Positions 9,632-20,186 are shown, numbered from the stretch's first letter. The stretch: DNA of 64,000 nucleotides from Longimicrobiales bacterium (GCA_965243805.1 OZ251577.1:839344-903343); one strand, 5' to 3'. The notes: generated by a model from the sequence alone, not told the origin. Numbers and translations: made by a program.

Positions 9632-10638
9632 AGCTTGCAACCAGACTTCCCGTTGCAGTGGCAAGCGTCGCGGCGCTGATCATGGCGGCGTGCGACCCCA
9701 CGGGCATCGACATTCCGCCGGAGGACATGATCGTGGCCGGGGTGTGGGTGGTCGTCACCGTCGATCCGAGCGATCCGGCGCGCACGGAGCTACTTGCGAT
9801 GGGGTGGCTCCAGTGGGCGCGGACCGGCCACAAGCCGCACGAAGTCCTGGGCGCGTCGGTCCAGGTCGTCGGCGCGTCAGGGCAATCCGTCGAACTCGTC
9901 CAGAGGCCCAGCCAGGAGTCGTGCTTCAAGTTGCGGCCTCTGCCAGCCCACTTGCGTGCACCGGTCTACGGCACGTGCTACCTGGCATCGGTCTCGCCGT
10001 CCCCATTTGCGCCGGGCGAGCGGGTGTCGCTGACCATTGAGTCGCCGGAGGGCGGTACAGCGGAGGGAACGACCTGGCTGCCGGCAGCGTTCGTGCCGGA
10101 AAGCGGCTTGGCGAGCGATCATCGGCACTGCCTCGTGGAGCCCAACCAAAACCATCGCTTTCGCTGGAGCGCCGCCGATGGCGCTTGGGCGTATGTCGGA
10201 GGGGCGCTCGTCAACGGGCTCGACCCTCGGCTCTGGCCCGGGGAGGATTCGCTCTACGCCGGCGAGCCCCTTCACATGTGGGGACTCCCCATCCGCAACA
10301 ACTCGAGCGAAATGGTCTTCCCCCGAGACTTCAGCACTTTGTTTACCGCCAGCGTGGACACGGAGCTGGCAGAAGTGCTCCAGACGGGTCTGCCCAGGGA
10401 CGCGACTGCCGACGTGGCCGTCGTGGGGATCGACCGGAACTGGTTCAACTGGATTCGACTCCCGACGTTCGAGACCCTCTTCATCAACTCGGTGTTCACC
10501 ACCGGGGAGATCCGCATCCCCTCCATCTTCGGGGCCGGGTCGGGGGTGTTCGGGGCCGGCGTCCGCTGGACGGTCGCGGTGGAGTCTCGCGCCGGCGGCA
10601 TGGACGGCGACCCACCGCCGTGCGGGCCCGTCATGTAG
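9628..10638 (+). CDS. Hypothetical lipoprotein (about 336 aa)
   Basis: A TTG start overlaps the TonB-receptor stop (TTGA). The lipoprotein signal is MKLATRLPVAVASVAALIMAAC. The product is conserved-looking but unassignable. Confidence 0.45.
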   Translation: MKLATRLPVAVASVAALIMAACDPTGIDIPPEDMIVAGVWVVVTVDPSDPARTELLAMGWLQWARTGHKPHEVLGASVQVVGASGQSVELVQRPSQESCFKLRPLPAHLRAPVYGTCYLASVSPSPFAPGERVSLTIESPEGGTAEGTTWLPAAFVPESGLASDHRHCLVEPNQNHRFRWSAADGAWAYVGGALVNGLDPRLWPGEDSLYAGEPLHMWGLPIRNNSSEMVFPRDFSTLFTASVDTELAEVLQTGLPRDATADVAVVGIDRNWFNWIRLPTFETLFINSVFTTGEIRIPSIFGAGSGVFGAGVRWTVAVESRAGGMDGDPPPCGPVM

Positions 10639-10650
10639 GAGGCTGGGCGC

Positions 10651-10686
10651 ACGATCACCGTGTTCGTCACACGATCACCGTGTTCG
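10651..10686. repeat. Tandem direct repeat, 2 copies of acgatcaccgtgttcg (period 20), upstream of the cytochrome gene
   Basis: Seen directly in the sequence. Confidence 0.8.
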
Positions 10687-10727
10687 CCATTAGATCGGAG
10701 GCGCCTGTAGCCGTATGTTGTTGATTC

Positions 10728-13148
10728 ATGTCCAAGCTGTTCGCAAACCGTCGCCCCAGTGAACTGATCTGGGCGGTTCTCGTCGTAGGGCTCGTTGCGA
10801 CCGTTTCCGTCGGCATCCAGGCCGCTTCGGTTGCCGCGCTGGAGCCGCGTCCGCCTGCTCCCCAAGCCGCTCAAGCCCTCGCTGGTGCCGACGCCTGTCG
10901 CAGCTGCCACGAGGACCAGTACGTCGCGTGGGCCGCCTCCACCCACGGCACCGCCGGCGGTCCGCCAGGGCCCGAGACGGTGATTGCTCCCTTCGGCGGC
11001 TCCCCCATCCGCTTTGCCGACGCGGTGGTGTCGCCGGTCGTGGACGATGCGGGGCAATACGTCTTCGTCGTGGCGCGCCCAGGTCGCCCGCCGGTCCGAT
11101 ACGTGGTCTCGGGCGTGGTGGGACGAGGCCACATGGTGGGCGGCGGGACCCAGGGCTTCGTTTCGACCTTCCCCGACGGCACCGAGCGCTTCCTTCCCTT
11201 CGATTGGTCCGCCGATGCCGACGCATGGTTCTGCAATACGGCGTTCGTGGGAGGCTTCTGGGTGCCGGGCGCGGATCGGGCGGCGCTGCGGGCCGACGGG
11301 GGATGGCTTCCGGTGACCGAGGAGATGCGGCTGACCGAGTGCGGCGACTGGCCTCCGGTGCGCGTCCTCGGCACGACCCGCCGCTTCGCCAACTGCCAGA
11401 ACTGCCACGGCAGCGCCGTCCAGGTCTCCTACCGCCCCGAGGAGCGTCGCTACGAGACGCGGGTCGCCACCCTGCGGATCGACTGCGAGTCGTGCCACGG
11501 TCCGGCGGCGACCCACATAGAGCGGGCTCGTGCCGGCGCCTTGAGCGCGTCCGCCGACCTGGGCCTTCCCGCCCTGGACACTCTGGGCGTGGACGAGTCT
11601 CTGGCCGTCTGCTTTCAGTGCCACGCCCTGAAGCGAGCGGTGGATGTCGGCGCGTCGGGAGACCGGGTTGCGACGGAGTACAGCCTGGGCCTTCCCCTTG
11701 TGGGCGACTCGCCCTACTTGGCCGACGGACGCATCCGCACCTTCGGCTATCAGCAGACCCACCGCAGCAGCGCCTGCTACCTCTCCGGCACCATGACCTG
11801 CGTGGACTGCCACGACCCTCACACCCAGTCGTACCGGGACCCCTTCGGCACCCCGCTGGCAGGTCGCTGGGACGACGGCCAGTGCACCGCTTGCCACGCC
11901 AGCAAGGCCGCCGACCCAGAGGCCCACACCTTCCACCCGCCCGGCTCCGACGGCGCCCGCTGCGTGTCGTGCCACATGCCCTATGTGCAGCACCCGGACC
12001 TTACGGACGCGATTCCCTACGCCCGCGCCGACCACACGATCCCCGTTCCGCGCCCGGGCTTCGACGAGGCGGCGGGGCTGACTTCGGCGTGCGCGGGGTG
12101 CCATCAGGACCGGTCGGCACCGGCTCTGGCCCAGCAGGCGGCCGAGTGGTGGGGGGAGTTGAAGCCGCACCGCCCCGAGGTGACCGCGCTCTTTGCCGCC
12201 GACCACTCTCTGCGTACATCGGTGCGCCGGGCTGCGGATGCGGCAGCGGATGCGGATGGGGCTGCGGATGCGGATGCGGATGGGGATGGGGCCACGGAGC
12301 GTCCACCGGCACGCCCGGAGCTGGCAGCGCTGCTGGAAGCTGCCGGGCTGGGGGAGCGCTACGGCCTGGCCAAGATCATGGCGGTGGACGCGTGGGTCTT
12401 GGCCGCGACCGCTGCGCCGAACACCCCTGTCCGCGACGCCACGGCCGCTGCCGCGCTGGCCGGCTTGGCCCGCGACCCCGACGTGGACGTGCGCGCCATC
12501 GCCGGCGCCGCCCTCCATGCGGTCTACGACGAAGGGCCGGCGGTCGGTGCCCCAGACGCCCTCCGCGCCCGCTGGGCCGGCGCCCTTTCCCAGTGGGGCG
12601 CCGCCGTGGCCCGGTCCCGGGGACCCGAGGCGGCGCTTCCTTTCCTGCGCAAGGCACGGGCGGTCCGGCCCGCTGACCCCGAGGCGCTGATCGGCCTCGC
12701 CGCCGGACTTTCGGCCCTCGGGGAGCACAGGCAGGCCGTGCAGGCGTACCAGGAAGCGCTGCGCCACGAGCCCGACCACCCCGTCGCCCTGGTGAACCTG
12801 GGGCTGGGGCTCGAGTCCCTGGGCCGCGAAGCCGAGGCCGAAGCCGCTTACCAGCGCGCGGTGCAGGCGCGGCCCCGCGAAGCCCTTCCCCACTTCAACC
12901 TGGGGAACGTGCGCTTCCGCCGAGGCGATCTCCCGGGCGCCGCCGCCGCGTACCGCACCGCGGTCGAGGCCGACCCGGGCTTGGCCCGCGCCCACTTCTA
13001 TCTGGCCGTCGTGCTGATCAACACCGGAAGCCCCGAAGCCGCGCTTCCGGCCTTGTACAACGCCGCCGAGTTCGCCCCGGAGGACGAGGAGATACGCCAG
13101 CTCCTCCGGCAACTGGAAGCCGCACTCCGCGGCCCGTTCTCGCGTTGA
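10728..13148 (+). CDS. Multiheme cytochrome c (8 CxxCH motifs) fused to C-terminal HEAT-like and TPR repeats (806 aa)
   Basis: The eight heme-binding motifs are CRSCH, CQNCH, CESCH, CFQCH, CVDCH, CTACH, CVSCH and CAGCH. There is an N-terminal TM anchor and a low-complexity AADAAADADGAADADADGDG linker encoded by gcggat repeats. TPR repeats lie near the C-terminus. Confidence 0.75.
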   Translation: MSKLFANRRPSELIWAVLVVGLVATVSVGIQAASVAALEPRPPAPQAAQALAGADACRSCHEDQYVAWAASTHGTAGGPPGPETVIAPFGGSPIRFADAVVSPVVDDAGQYVFVVARPGRPPVRYVVSGVVGRGHMVGGGTQGFVSTFPDGTERFLPFDWSADADAWFCNTAFVGGFWVPGADRAALRADGGWLPVTEEMRLTECGDWPPVRVLGTTRRFANCQNCHGSAVQVSYRPEERRYETRVATLRIDCESCHGPAATHIERARAGALSASADLGLPALDTLGVDESLAVCFQCHALKRAVDVGASGDRVATEYSLGLPLVGDSPYLADGRIRTFGYQQTHRSSACYLSGTMTCVDCHDPHTQSYRDPFGTPLAGRWDDGQCTACHASKAADPEAHTFHPPGSDGARCVSCHMPYVQHPDLTDAIPYARADHTIPVPRPGFDEAAGLTSACAGCHQDRSAPALAQQAAEWWGELKPHRPEVTALFAADHSLRTSVRRAADAAADADGAADADADGDGATERPPARPELAALLEAAGLGERYGLAKIMAVDAWVLAATAAPNTPVRDATAAAALAGLARDPDVDVRAIAGAALHAVYDEGPAVGAPDALRARWAGALSQWGAAVARSRGPEAALPFLRKARAVRPADPEALIGLAAGLSALGEHRQAVQAYQEALRHEPDHPVALVNLGLGLESLGREAEAEAAYQRAVQARPREALPHFNLGNVRFRRGDLPGAAAAYRTAVEADPGLARAHFYLAVVLINTGSPEAALPALYNAAEFAPEDEEIRQLLRQLEAALRGPFSR

Positions 13149-13164
13149 CTAGATTTCTCGTGCC

Positions 13165-13632
13165 ATGACTCGCATCCGAACCGCTCTCGCCCTGCTCTTC
13201 TGCGGCGCATGCCACGCCTACGCGCCAGCCTCTCCCGCCGCCGTCAGCCCCGGCGATCAGGTGCGCGCCCTGCTGACCCCCGAGCAGTTCGCCGCATTCG
13301 CGGACGCGCTTCCGACCGACAACCGGCAAGTCGAGGGCACGGTGATCCAAGCCGGCTCCGGGACGCTGCTGCTGGAAGTGCCCGTGTTCACGGAAGTGGA
13401 GGGAATGCGCGTCGAATCCCTCAGTCAGCGCCTTCGGGTGCAGGAAGCGGGGCTCGCCGACTTGGAAGTGCGCACGCTCTCCCGCAGCCGCACTTTCGCC
13501 GTGCTCGGCGCGGTAGTTGCGCTGGCCGGATACGTCGCCTGGGAACAAATCTTCTCCGACACCGATCGCGGCCCGGGACTGCCCGACGGCCCCATCACCG
13601 AACTCCGGCGGATCGTCTTCCGCCTGCCTTAG
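13165..13632 (+). CDS. Hypothetical secreted protein or lipoprotein (155 aa)
   Basis: The product carries a signal peptide ([16 protein letters not shown]). I found no recognisable domain. Confidence 0.4.
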   Translation: MTRIRTALALLFCGACHAYAPASPAAVSPGDQVRALLTPEQFAAFADALPTDNRQVEGTVIQAGSGTLLLEVPVFTEVEGMRVESLSQRLRVQEAGLADLEVRTLSRSRTFAVLGAVVALAGYVAWEQIFSDTDRGPGLPDGPITELRRIVFRLP

Positions 13633-14015
13633 CTCCTACCAGGTCGCGGGAAGAACTGGTCGATCAGCACCGCATTCCCGTCCGGGTCCCGGAAGGCTAC
13701 ATGGGCGGGTCCGGTTCCCTCTGGGTCCGTGTCGGTGGTCATCTCGACCCCGGCCTTCACCAGCGACTCGCGGATCTCCCTCACGTCGGTGAACTCGCCC
13801 AAGGTGGACATGTCCTGTCCCAGCCCCGGGTTGAAGGTCAGGATGTTGCCCTCGAAGAGACCTTCAAAGAGCCCGAGGACCGTGGTCCCGTTGACCATGA
13901 TCACGTACTTCTGGTCGTCGCCGCCCGTCTGCTTGAAGCCGAGCTTCTCGTAGAACGCACGCGACGCCGCCAAGTCCTTGACGGCAAGGCTGACCGAGAA
14001 TGCGCCGAGTTCCAT
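13629..14015 (-). CDS. VOC / glyoxalase-bleomycin-resistance family protein (128 aa)
   Basis: The sequence [27 protein letters not shown]... is typical of the glyoxalase-I-like fold. The start is the internal ATG of the 368-aa ORF. Confidence 0.65.
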   Translation of the reverse strand: MELGAFSVSLAVKDLAASRAFYEKLGFKQTGGDDQKYVIMVNGTTVLGLFEGLFEGNILTFNPGLGQDMSTLGEFTDVREIRESLVKAGVEMTTDTDPEGTGPAHVAFRDPDGNAVLIDQFFPRPGRS

Positions 14016-14017
14016 GG

Positions 14018-14515
14018 CTACCCCGGCGACCCCCAGCGGTAGCCGAACTCGGGCAGGGGAATGAACGCCGCCCGGGGCGGTCGCTGGTCGTCGGGGTCGG
14101 GGCGGCGCAGGGCGAGGGCGCGGTTCATGTACAGGGCCACCGAGACGGCGTGCTTCTCGGCGAACGACCACTCGAAGCCCAAGGGGAAGCGGCCGATCAA
14201 CCCGAACCCTCGTCCCGCCTCGGCGCGCGCTGTCATCCCCCACAAGCCCAAGCCCACATAGGGCGCCACAGCGTAGGAACCAACGTACTGCTTGGCGGTG
14301 ACCGACACGCTGGCGTCGCGAAAGCCCCACGTCCCCAGCTGCACCTCGATCCCCTGGTGCGCCCACCGGTACTCGGCGATCAGGGCGACGCTGCTGGCCC
14401 CGCCGGCGGAGATGCCCAAGCGGTACTGGGCGCGGAGGCAGGCGGGACCGACCGCAAGGCACACGGCGACGGCGGCGGGAAGCACGATCGGGGCCGTGCG
14501 ATGGGACCAAGTCAT
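14018..14515 (-). CDS. Hypothetical secreted protein, possibly a small outer-membrane beta-barrel (165 aa)
   Basis: It has a signal peptide and an alternating hydrophobic pattern. Confidence 0.4.
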   Translation of the reverse strand: MTWSHRTAPIVLPAAVAVCLAVGPACLRAQYRLGISAGGASSVALIAEYRWAHQGIEVQLGTWGFRDASVSVTAKQYVGSYAVAPYVGLGLWGMTARAEAGRGFGLIGRFPLGFEWSFAEKHAVSVALYMNRALALRRPDPDDQRPPRAAFIPLPEFGYRWGSPG

Positions 14516-16230
14516 GGCCCTCTAGAGTAGGACCGTTCGAGGATCGCCGCCATGTGGTCGTGCCCGGAGGCGCGGGCGCGTTCCAGGGGCGTAGCGGGCG
14601 GAAGATCCCGAGGCAACGTTGGGTCTGCGCCCTGGGCGAGGAGGAGGGCGGCGGCAGCGCGACGGCCAGCGGCAGCGGCCCAGGCCAGGGGCGTTCCCAG
14701 ATGCTCGTCGTCGAGAACGTCGGGGTCGGCGCCATGGTCCAGCAGGAGCCTCACGGCCTCGGTTTCGCTCCGTCCCGCGTAGTGGTGGAGGGCGGTCTGG
14801 CCGAGCCAGCCGGGCCGATTGGGGTCGAAGCCCGCGGCCAGGAGGCGTCGGATCAGGTCAAGGTCCGAGATGGCCCGGTCGGGGTCGCCCATGCGCAGCG
14901 TGGCGCCGTTCAGCCGGCGGGCCGCCTCTGGGTCGGCCTCCAGGAGCAGGTCGGCCAAGGCAAGGTCGTTGCGCGCCAAGACTTCCTCGGCGAACCAGGG
15001 GACGTGAACGCTGGACGCGCGGGCCTCCAGAGCGGCGGCGAGCTCGCCGTTGGTCATGCGCCAGGGCGGCGTCTCGGCACCGTGGGCCAGCAGCAGTACC
15101 TCGATGCGGCGCGCCTCGTCGCCCTGGCAAGACCGAACGATCCCCAAGCAGCTGTCCGACGAGTCCGGCGCCGAGTTCGGGTCCGCGCCATAGCTCAGAA
15201 GGACTTCCGTCACTGCTACGTGGCCCCGAGCGCAGGCGTGCCAGAGAGCGTGTCCCCGGGGCGCCAGCTCTTCCGGCTGATTGGGGTCGGCCCCGTGCCG
15301 GAGAAGCAGCGCCACCACATCCTCGTGGCCGGCCCGAGCCGCATAGCTCAGGGGCGACCGGCGGCCCGAGTCCAGCGAGCAGCCCGCGCCCAGCGAGCGA
15401 GTCGAATCCAGAGAGTGAACCGCGCCCATCGAGCGAGTCGCGCCGAGGGAGCGAGCCGCGCCGGGAGCATCCGCGAGCAGCGTGCGCGCCAGCCCCAAGT
15501 CTCCCGTGGCACAGGCTACCGAGAGGTCGGCCCGGGCGCCTGCGTCGGCGAGGGCTTGCAGAACCGCATTGTCGTCGGCGTGATCGACTCCCTTCAGCTC
15601 CCGCCAGACTCGGTACTCGTAGTCGCCGTTGAACAGGACGTGGGAGGGGGTCTGGCCGTCGCTTCGTCGATGGTCCGGGTCGGCGCCAAGCGCGCACAGA
15701 GGCGCAACCAGCTCCGGCTGACGGGTCATGACGGCCCAGTGGACGGCGTTCCTGCCCATGATGTCGGCCGCTCGGGCGAGGCCGGGCGTGCGGGCCAGCA
15801 CGGCGTCCACCTGCTGCCGCTCGCGGGACGCCATCGCTCGCCTCAGCACATCGAAGTCCGGAGCGTAGCCGAAACGTCGCCCGGCGGTATCTACCAGCAC
15901 TGCGCGCACCTCGTTGAAGCCGTAGCGAGTCGCCCGTCGCAGCAGCTTGCTCCACCCCGAGTCCATGAAGCGCGTGCGTCCAGGCTCGGCTCCCGCCTCT
16001 AGCAGCATTCGCACAACTGCCGGCTGGTTGGCGTACACAGCAAGGTGAATGGGCTGCGTGTACCAGTACTGGGCGTGCACGAGGTTCGGGTCCTCTGTCG
16101 TCAGCTCCCGCACTCGAGCTTCGTCGCCGTCCCGGCAGGCCTCGAAGAGACCCCAAGCCTGGGCGCCGTCCACAGGGTCCACGTCGTAGACGTAGCTCCC
16201 CTTCCTCCCCGGCGAACTCCCCTCCATCCC
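14512..16230 (-). CDS. Ankyrin-repeat protein (about 572 aa)
   Basis: There are multiple ANK repeats (...TPLHVLF..., GADPNQ..., GADPDVLDD...[10 protein letters not shown]...). An internal tandem 27-bp repeat encodes ARSLGATRS / MGAVHSLDS / TRSLGAGCS. The start is set at an internal ATG (MEGSSPG). Confidence 0.7.
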   Translation of the reverse strand, partial: GMEGSSPGRKGSYVYDVDPVDGAQAWGLFEACRDGDEARVRELTTEDPNLVHAQYWYTQPIHLAVYANQPAVVRMLLEAGAEPGRTRFMDSGWSKLLRRATRYGFNEVRAVLVDTAGRRFGYAPDFDVLRRAMASRERQQVDAVLARTPGLARAADIMGRNAVHWAVMTRQPELVAPLCALGADPDHRRSDGQTPSHVLFNGDYEYRVWRELKGVDHADDNAVLQALADAGARADLSVACATGDLGLARTLLADAPGAARSLGATRSMGAVHSLDSTRSLGAGCSLDSGRRSPLSYAARAGHEDVVALLLRHGADPNQPEELAPRGHALWHACARGHVAVTEVLLSYGADPNSAPDSSDSCLGIVRSCQGDEARRIEVLLLAHGAETPPWRMTNGELAAALEARASSVHVPWFAEEVLARNDLALADLLLEADPEAARRLNGATLRMGDPDRAISDLDLIRRLLAAGFDPNRPGWLGQTALHHYAGRSETEAVRLLLDHGADPDVLDDEHLGTPLAWAAAAGRRAAAALLLAQGADPTLPRDLPPATPLERARASGHDHMAAILERSYSRGP

Positions 16231-16285
16231 CAGCGGACGGGCACGGCGACGGCGGGGACACGCACGGTGACGGCGCGCCATCCCG

Positions 16286-17500
16286 CTACATCGGTGTCGC
16301 GGGCGGCCCGAACCGGTGCATCACGACCCACTGAATGCCCAGGTCGTCCTCCTGCTGGCCCAGCACGTAGTCGGCACCGGCTTCCAGAACCGAGTAGCCC
16401 TTCATCGTCGGCATGTGGCACAGGAACTCGCCCGTGGGCGCGAAGACCATGGCGCCGGGCCGCACCTCCACGCCGGGACGACGGTAGCGAAAGACCCACA
16501 GGTGGCCCGCGCCGCCGACCAGCACACCGCTGAACGCCGGCAAGACCTCCGCCACAGGCCGATCGCGACTCATCAACGCGGCGTCGTACGGGCTCGGCTC
16601 GCCTCCCCGACGCGCCAGCAGCTCGTCCCGGTAGGCGGCCACGTCGGCACCCGTCACCGCTCGGTCGTCGTCTTCCCAGCGGACGATCCTGATCAGCCGG
16701 TACTGGGAATCGAGGATGCGCACTTCGGGCTTGTCGGTGGTGCCCATGGCGATGTAGTCGCCGAAGGCGGCGACCGACGCCCATGGATCGAACAGCGGGT
16801 CGAGCCGGAAGTTTGGCGGGCCCTCCGACAGCTGGCCCCACCGACGGTGCGGAAGGCGAGCCAGTACTCCCGAGAGCTTGCCGTCAGGGTGGTGAACCTC
16901 CACGACCAGGGTATCGGGCGTGCGGAAGCTCCTCCCTCGGTCGTGGGTCCTCCGAGCAGTCACCAGCGCCCCGGTCGCCAGCACTCCGCCGCCCTGGGAA
17001 GGGTTCAGATAGAGCGGATCAACTTGGACGGCGCGGCTCCACTCTCCGTCGGAGGTGAAGACGTGGTAGCGCCAGGGCCGATAGTCGCCCACCCACAAGG
17101 TGTCGCCGGGCAAGGTCCACAGGAACCACGGGTTGCTGAACTCGCCCGGACCCTCGCCGAAGCGGCCGAACGACCGGATGTGCTCGCCAGCGGCGTCGAA
17201 GAGGCGGACTTCGCCCGCGGTTTCGTCCACGACGGCCACCGAGCCGTCGGAGAGCCGCGTCGCGCCGGCCAAGTGGGCGAACATGTGGGCGGGATCGTCC
17301 TCCCGGTCGCCCACGACCAGCAGCGGCTCCGCACCGACGGAGCAGACGGCGTCGGATCGGTAGGGGTCGCTGACGACGATCTGCAAGCCGGCGCTGTCCA
17401 CCGCAATCGTCGGGGCGGCTGGAGCCGACGCCTCGCACGCCACCGAAGCGACGAGGGCGAACGCGAGCAGCGCGACGGAGGGCGCAGACCTGTTCGCCAA
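16286..17500 (-). CDS. Hypothetical lipoprotein, probably beta-propeller-like (about 404 aa)
   Basis: A TTG start gives the lipoprotein signal MANRSAPSVALLAFALVASVAC. The rest is rich in W/Y/G repeat-like segments. The start region lies inside a 19-bp tandem duplication. Confidence 0.45.
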   Translation of the reverse strand: MANRSAPSVALLAFALVASVACEASAPAAPTIAVDSAGLQIVVSDPYRSDAVCSVGAEPLLVVGDREDDPAHMFAHLAGATRLSDGSVAVVDETAGEVRLFDAAGEHIRSFGRFGEGPGEFSNPWFLWTLPGDTLWVGDYRPWRYHVFTSDGEWSRAVQVDPLYLNPSQGGGVLATGALVTARRTHDRGRSFRTPDTLVVEVHHPDGKLSGVLARLPHRRWGQLSEGPPNFRLDPLFDPWASVAAFGDYIAMGTTDKPEVRILDSQYRLIRIVRWEDDDRAVTGADVAAYRDELLARRGGEPSPYDAALMSRDRPVAEVLPAFSGVLVGGAGHLWVFRYRRPGVEVRPGAMVFAPTGEFLCHMPTMKGYSVLEAGADYVLGQQEDDLGIQWVVMHRFGPPATPM

Positions 17501-17526
17501 GGGACTAGCTGTTCGCCAAGCGACTA
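17489..17526. repeat. Tandem direct repeat, 2 copies of ctgttcgccaag(g/c)gactag (period 19), spanning the TonB-receptor stop codon and the start of the downstream lipoprotein gene
   Basis: Seen directly in the sequence. Confidence 0.8.
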
Positions 17527-19704
17527 GAACCTCGACGTGAGCGTCACCCGGAAGCTTCGGGTGGGCCCGGGGTTGCGTTCCTGCACGTCCACGTACTCGG
17601 CCTGAAGGATGTTCCCCACCTTGGCCTGCACCTCCACGTCCCGCACCACCGCCTCCATGCGCAGGTCCAGCACCGTGATCGACCCCCGGTCGTCTAGTGG
17701 GAACGCCAGGACCTCCTCGGCTCGGCTGCGGTGGCGCATGTCCAGCGCGACTCGATCCCGCCACGCGGACAAAGTGGACGTGACGTTGTGACGCGACCGG
17801 TACGGCAGGGGACGGCTGGTCCGCTCGTCTTCCGAGTCGAGCAGCAGGTAGTTGGCGTGCAGGTTGAGGTTGTCGGGCCAGAGGCCCACCCGCACCCCGG
17901 CATCGAGCCCCCGCACTCGGGCGGCGGCCACGTTTCGGAACTGGAAGGTGAATACGTCCCCCGGCGCCGGCGACACTTCAATCAAGTCTTCGTACTCGCT
18001 CCAGAAGAGGCCCGCGTCCACCCATACCCTGTCCCAGGGGGTGGCGGTGGCCCCCACTTCGCCGGCCCACGCCGACTCTCCGCGCAGCTGCAGGTTCGGC
18101 ACCACTCGAAATCCGAATACGGTGGTGGACGAGAACTGCTCCGAGATGCTGGGCACCCGATACCCCCGACTCAGGGAGGCCCGGAGGCTGACTTGGTCCC
18201 CAGGCTGGTAGACCAAGCCCAGCTTGGGGTTGACCGCCAGCTCCCGCTCCACGACCGACGCTTGGTGATGGTCCACTCGCACTCCGGCCGTTCCCCGCAA
18301 CCGGTCGGAGACCGCGACCTCGTCTTGGGCGAACACGGCCAAGCTGGTCACCGTCGGGTCGGGGCTCAGGAAGTTGGAGGAGACGAGGGTGTAGGCGGCC
18401 TCGGCCCCGGCGGTCACGGCGTGGGCGCCGTCGGAATGCACGGTGGCCTGGACATCGGCGCCCCAGCGGGTGGACCGGTTGAAGTCGTCGTTGTCGTGGA
18501 AGAAGTTGCGCTGCCGGCTGTGATAGAGCTGTGGACGTGCCTGGAGCCGGATCCTGGAGTTGGCCACAGGCACCGCGGTCACGCCGACGACCAAGTTGGT
18601 CTCGCGCTTCCAGTCTCCCAGCTGGGTCGGGTCCACCTCCAGGGGACGGGCGGCGGAGCGCCACGTGAAGAACTCCTCGGCTTCCTCCCGCTTCCAATTG
18701 GCGAAGACCTCCCAAGGGTTGGCGGACTCGGGACCGAAGACGGCCTTCGCTCGAAAGCGCCATCGGTCCACGCCGCCGTTCTGGCGGAAGCCGTCGGAGC
18801 CCTCCCGTCCTCCGAAGAGCGTCAGGTCGGCACCGCCGATTCGCCGGGTGTGCTGGAGCTGCAACCCTTCCATGCTCAGCACGTCCTCGGTGAAGTCCAT
18901 ACTTCCGGGCGTGTCGAAGACGCCGTAGTAGCCCCGAACCACCGTCCGCCGTCCGGCTGGCGGGCGACGGGTCACGACGTTGACGACGCCGCCGAGGGCG
19001 TTGGTGCCCCACAAGGTCGAGTGGGGTCCCTTCACGACCTCAATGCGCTCCACATCCAGCAGCGGCATGGCGCCGAAGTCGACCGACGAGCCGGTGCCGG
19101 TCAGGAAGCGGTGGCCGTCCAGCAGCATCAGCACCCGGCTGCCCACGCCGCGGGCGATCCCCTGGGCGCCCCGGATGTCGATCTGTCCCGCCACGAAGGT
19201 CACGCCCTGCGCGAAGGGGAGAGCCTCCGCCAAGTTCGTCACGTTCCGCCGTCGCAGGTCCTCTCCGCTGACCACCGCCACGCTGGTGGGCGCCTCTCCC
19301 GGCCGAGCGGCTCCCCGGCTTGCGGCGACGGTCAGGCCGGGCACCTCGATCAGGACCCGGGCCAGCTCGATCCGCAGAAGCGCGGCGGCACCCGGGCTCG
19401 CGCCGCTGGCGGCCTGGCCGGCCCCCGGCTCCACAGTGTGCTCCGCCGTTTGGAAGCCGGCGGCCGCCACGACGACGGTGTACGGACCTCGCCGGGGAGG
19501 CACCACCGCGAAGCCACCGTCGGCTCCGGTGCGGACGCGAAGCGGAGTGCCGCGAATCAACACCTCCGCGCCCGCCACCGGTTCCCCCGTCGCTTCCGCG
19601 ACCACCACGCCTCGGAGGGAGGCGTCCTCTTGGGCGGCTGTCGGGAGCGGTGACAGAACCGCCGCCAGCAGGGCAAGGCCCATCGCCAGCAACGCGGGCT
19701 TCAC
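17524..19704 (-). CDS. TonB-dependent receptor with an N-terminal carboxypeptidase-regulatory-like domain (about 726 aa)
   Basis: It has a signal peptide (VKPALLAMGLALLAAVL...AAQ, GTG start), a CarbopepD_reg domain (LRGVVVAEATGEPVAGAEV), a plug (DGHRF) and a barrel ending in ...TLTSRF. Confidence 0.75.
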   Translation of the reverse strand: MKPALLAMGLALLAAVLSPLPTAAQEDASLRGVVVAEATGEPVAGAEVLIRGTPLRVRTGADGGFAVVPPRRGPYTVVVAAAGFQTAEHTVEPGAGQAASGASPGAAALLRIELARVLIEVPGLTVAASRGAARPGEAPTSVAVVSGEDLRRRNVTNLAEALPFAQGVTFVAGQIDIRGAQGIARGVGSRVLMLLDGHRFLTGTGSSVDFGAMPLLDVERIEVVKGPHSTLWGTNALGGVVNVVTRRPPAGRRTVVRGYYGVFDTPGSMDFTEDVLSMEGLQLQHTRRIGGADLTLFGGREGSDGFRQNGGVDRWRFRAKAVFGPESANPWEVFANWKREEAEEFFTWRSAARPLEVDPTQLGDWKRETNLVVGVTAVPVANSRIRLQARPQLYHSRQRNFFHDNDDFNRSTRWGADVQATVHSDGAHAVTAGAEAAYTLVSSNFLSPDPTVTSLAVFAQDEVAVSDRLRGTAGVRVDHHQASVVERELAVNPKLGLVYQPGDQVSLRASLSRGYRVPSISEQFSSTTVFGFRVVPNLQLRGESAWAGEVGATATPWDRVWVDAGLFWSEYEDLIEVSPAPGDVFTFQFRNVAAARVRGLDAGVRVGLWPDNLNLHANYLLLDSEDERTSRPLPYRSRHNVTSTLSAWRDRVALDMRHRSRAEEVLAFPLDDRGSITVLDLRMEAVVRDVEVQAKVGNILQAEYVDVQERNPGPTRSFRVTLTSRF

Positions 19705-19733
19705 TGCCAAGCTCGCCGACGGCGCACTGGCCC

Positions 19734-20186
19734 CTACTGTCGGCGCCACACGGATTGGGAAACACTCAGGGCGGGCTGTGCCACGGTTACGGTGAGGACG
19801 GCCCCTTCCAGCGTGACCGTTCCGGTGCCCTGTTGCAGGGCGCCGCGTTGCTCCCAGCTCCCGTCGCTCCGGATCGTGTAGGTGCCCTGGTCAGCCACGG
19901 GCTGGGTGCCGCCTTGGCCGTCGGGCACCGTCACCTGCAGGCTGAAGGTGCCTGTCGCCTCCTGGCCCGTCGCCGGGGACTGAGCGAGCGTCAGGGTGCC
20001 GGACACGGCCGGGGCGGTCAGGGTGGCACCTCCGGTGAGGGCCGCCGAGGAGAAGGATTCCAGCGAATAGGTGCCCGAGATGTCGATCGGCCCCTCGTCG
20101 GCGGGATCCGCTGGGTCGTCGTCGCCGCACGCCAAAGCCAGTGCGCCGACGAGGACCGCGCAGAGGCGGAAGTAATGTCTGGTCAT
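19734..20186 (-). CDS. Hypothetical lipoprotein (150 aa), upstream of and co-oriented with the TonB-dependent receptor
   Basis: The lipoprotein signal peptide is MTRHYFRLCAVLVGALALAC. Confidence 0.5.
   Translation of the reverse strand: MTRHYFRLCAVLVGALALACGDDDPADPADEGPIDISGTYSLESFSSAALTGGATLTAPAVSGTLTLAQSPATGQEATGTFSLQVTVPDGQGGTQPVADQGTYTIRSDGSWEQRGALQQGTGTVTLEGAVLTVTVAQPALSVSQSVWRRQ

Noticed and set aside
10272-13112. 946-aa ORF antisense to the multiheme cytochrome gene, plus other long antisense ORFs (17731-19653, 20868-22188, 32733-35408 upstream part, 35507-36601, 45634-46257, 46324-49152, 52475-54502, 14554-16002 and others)
   Set aside because: They have no recognisable motifs and an Arg/Gly/Pro/Ala-dominated composition. 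Each lies opposite a well-supported gene. High GC suppresses stop codons on the antisense strand.
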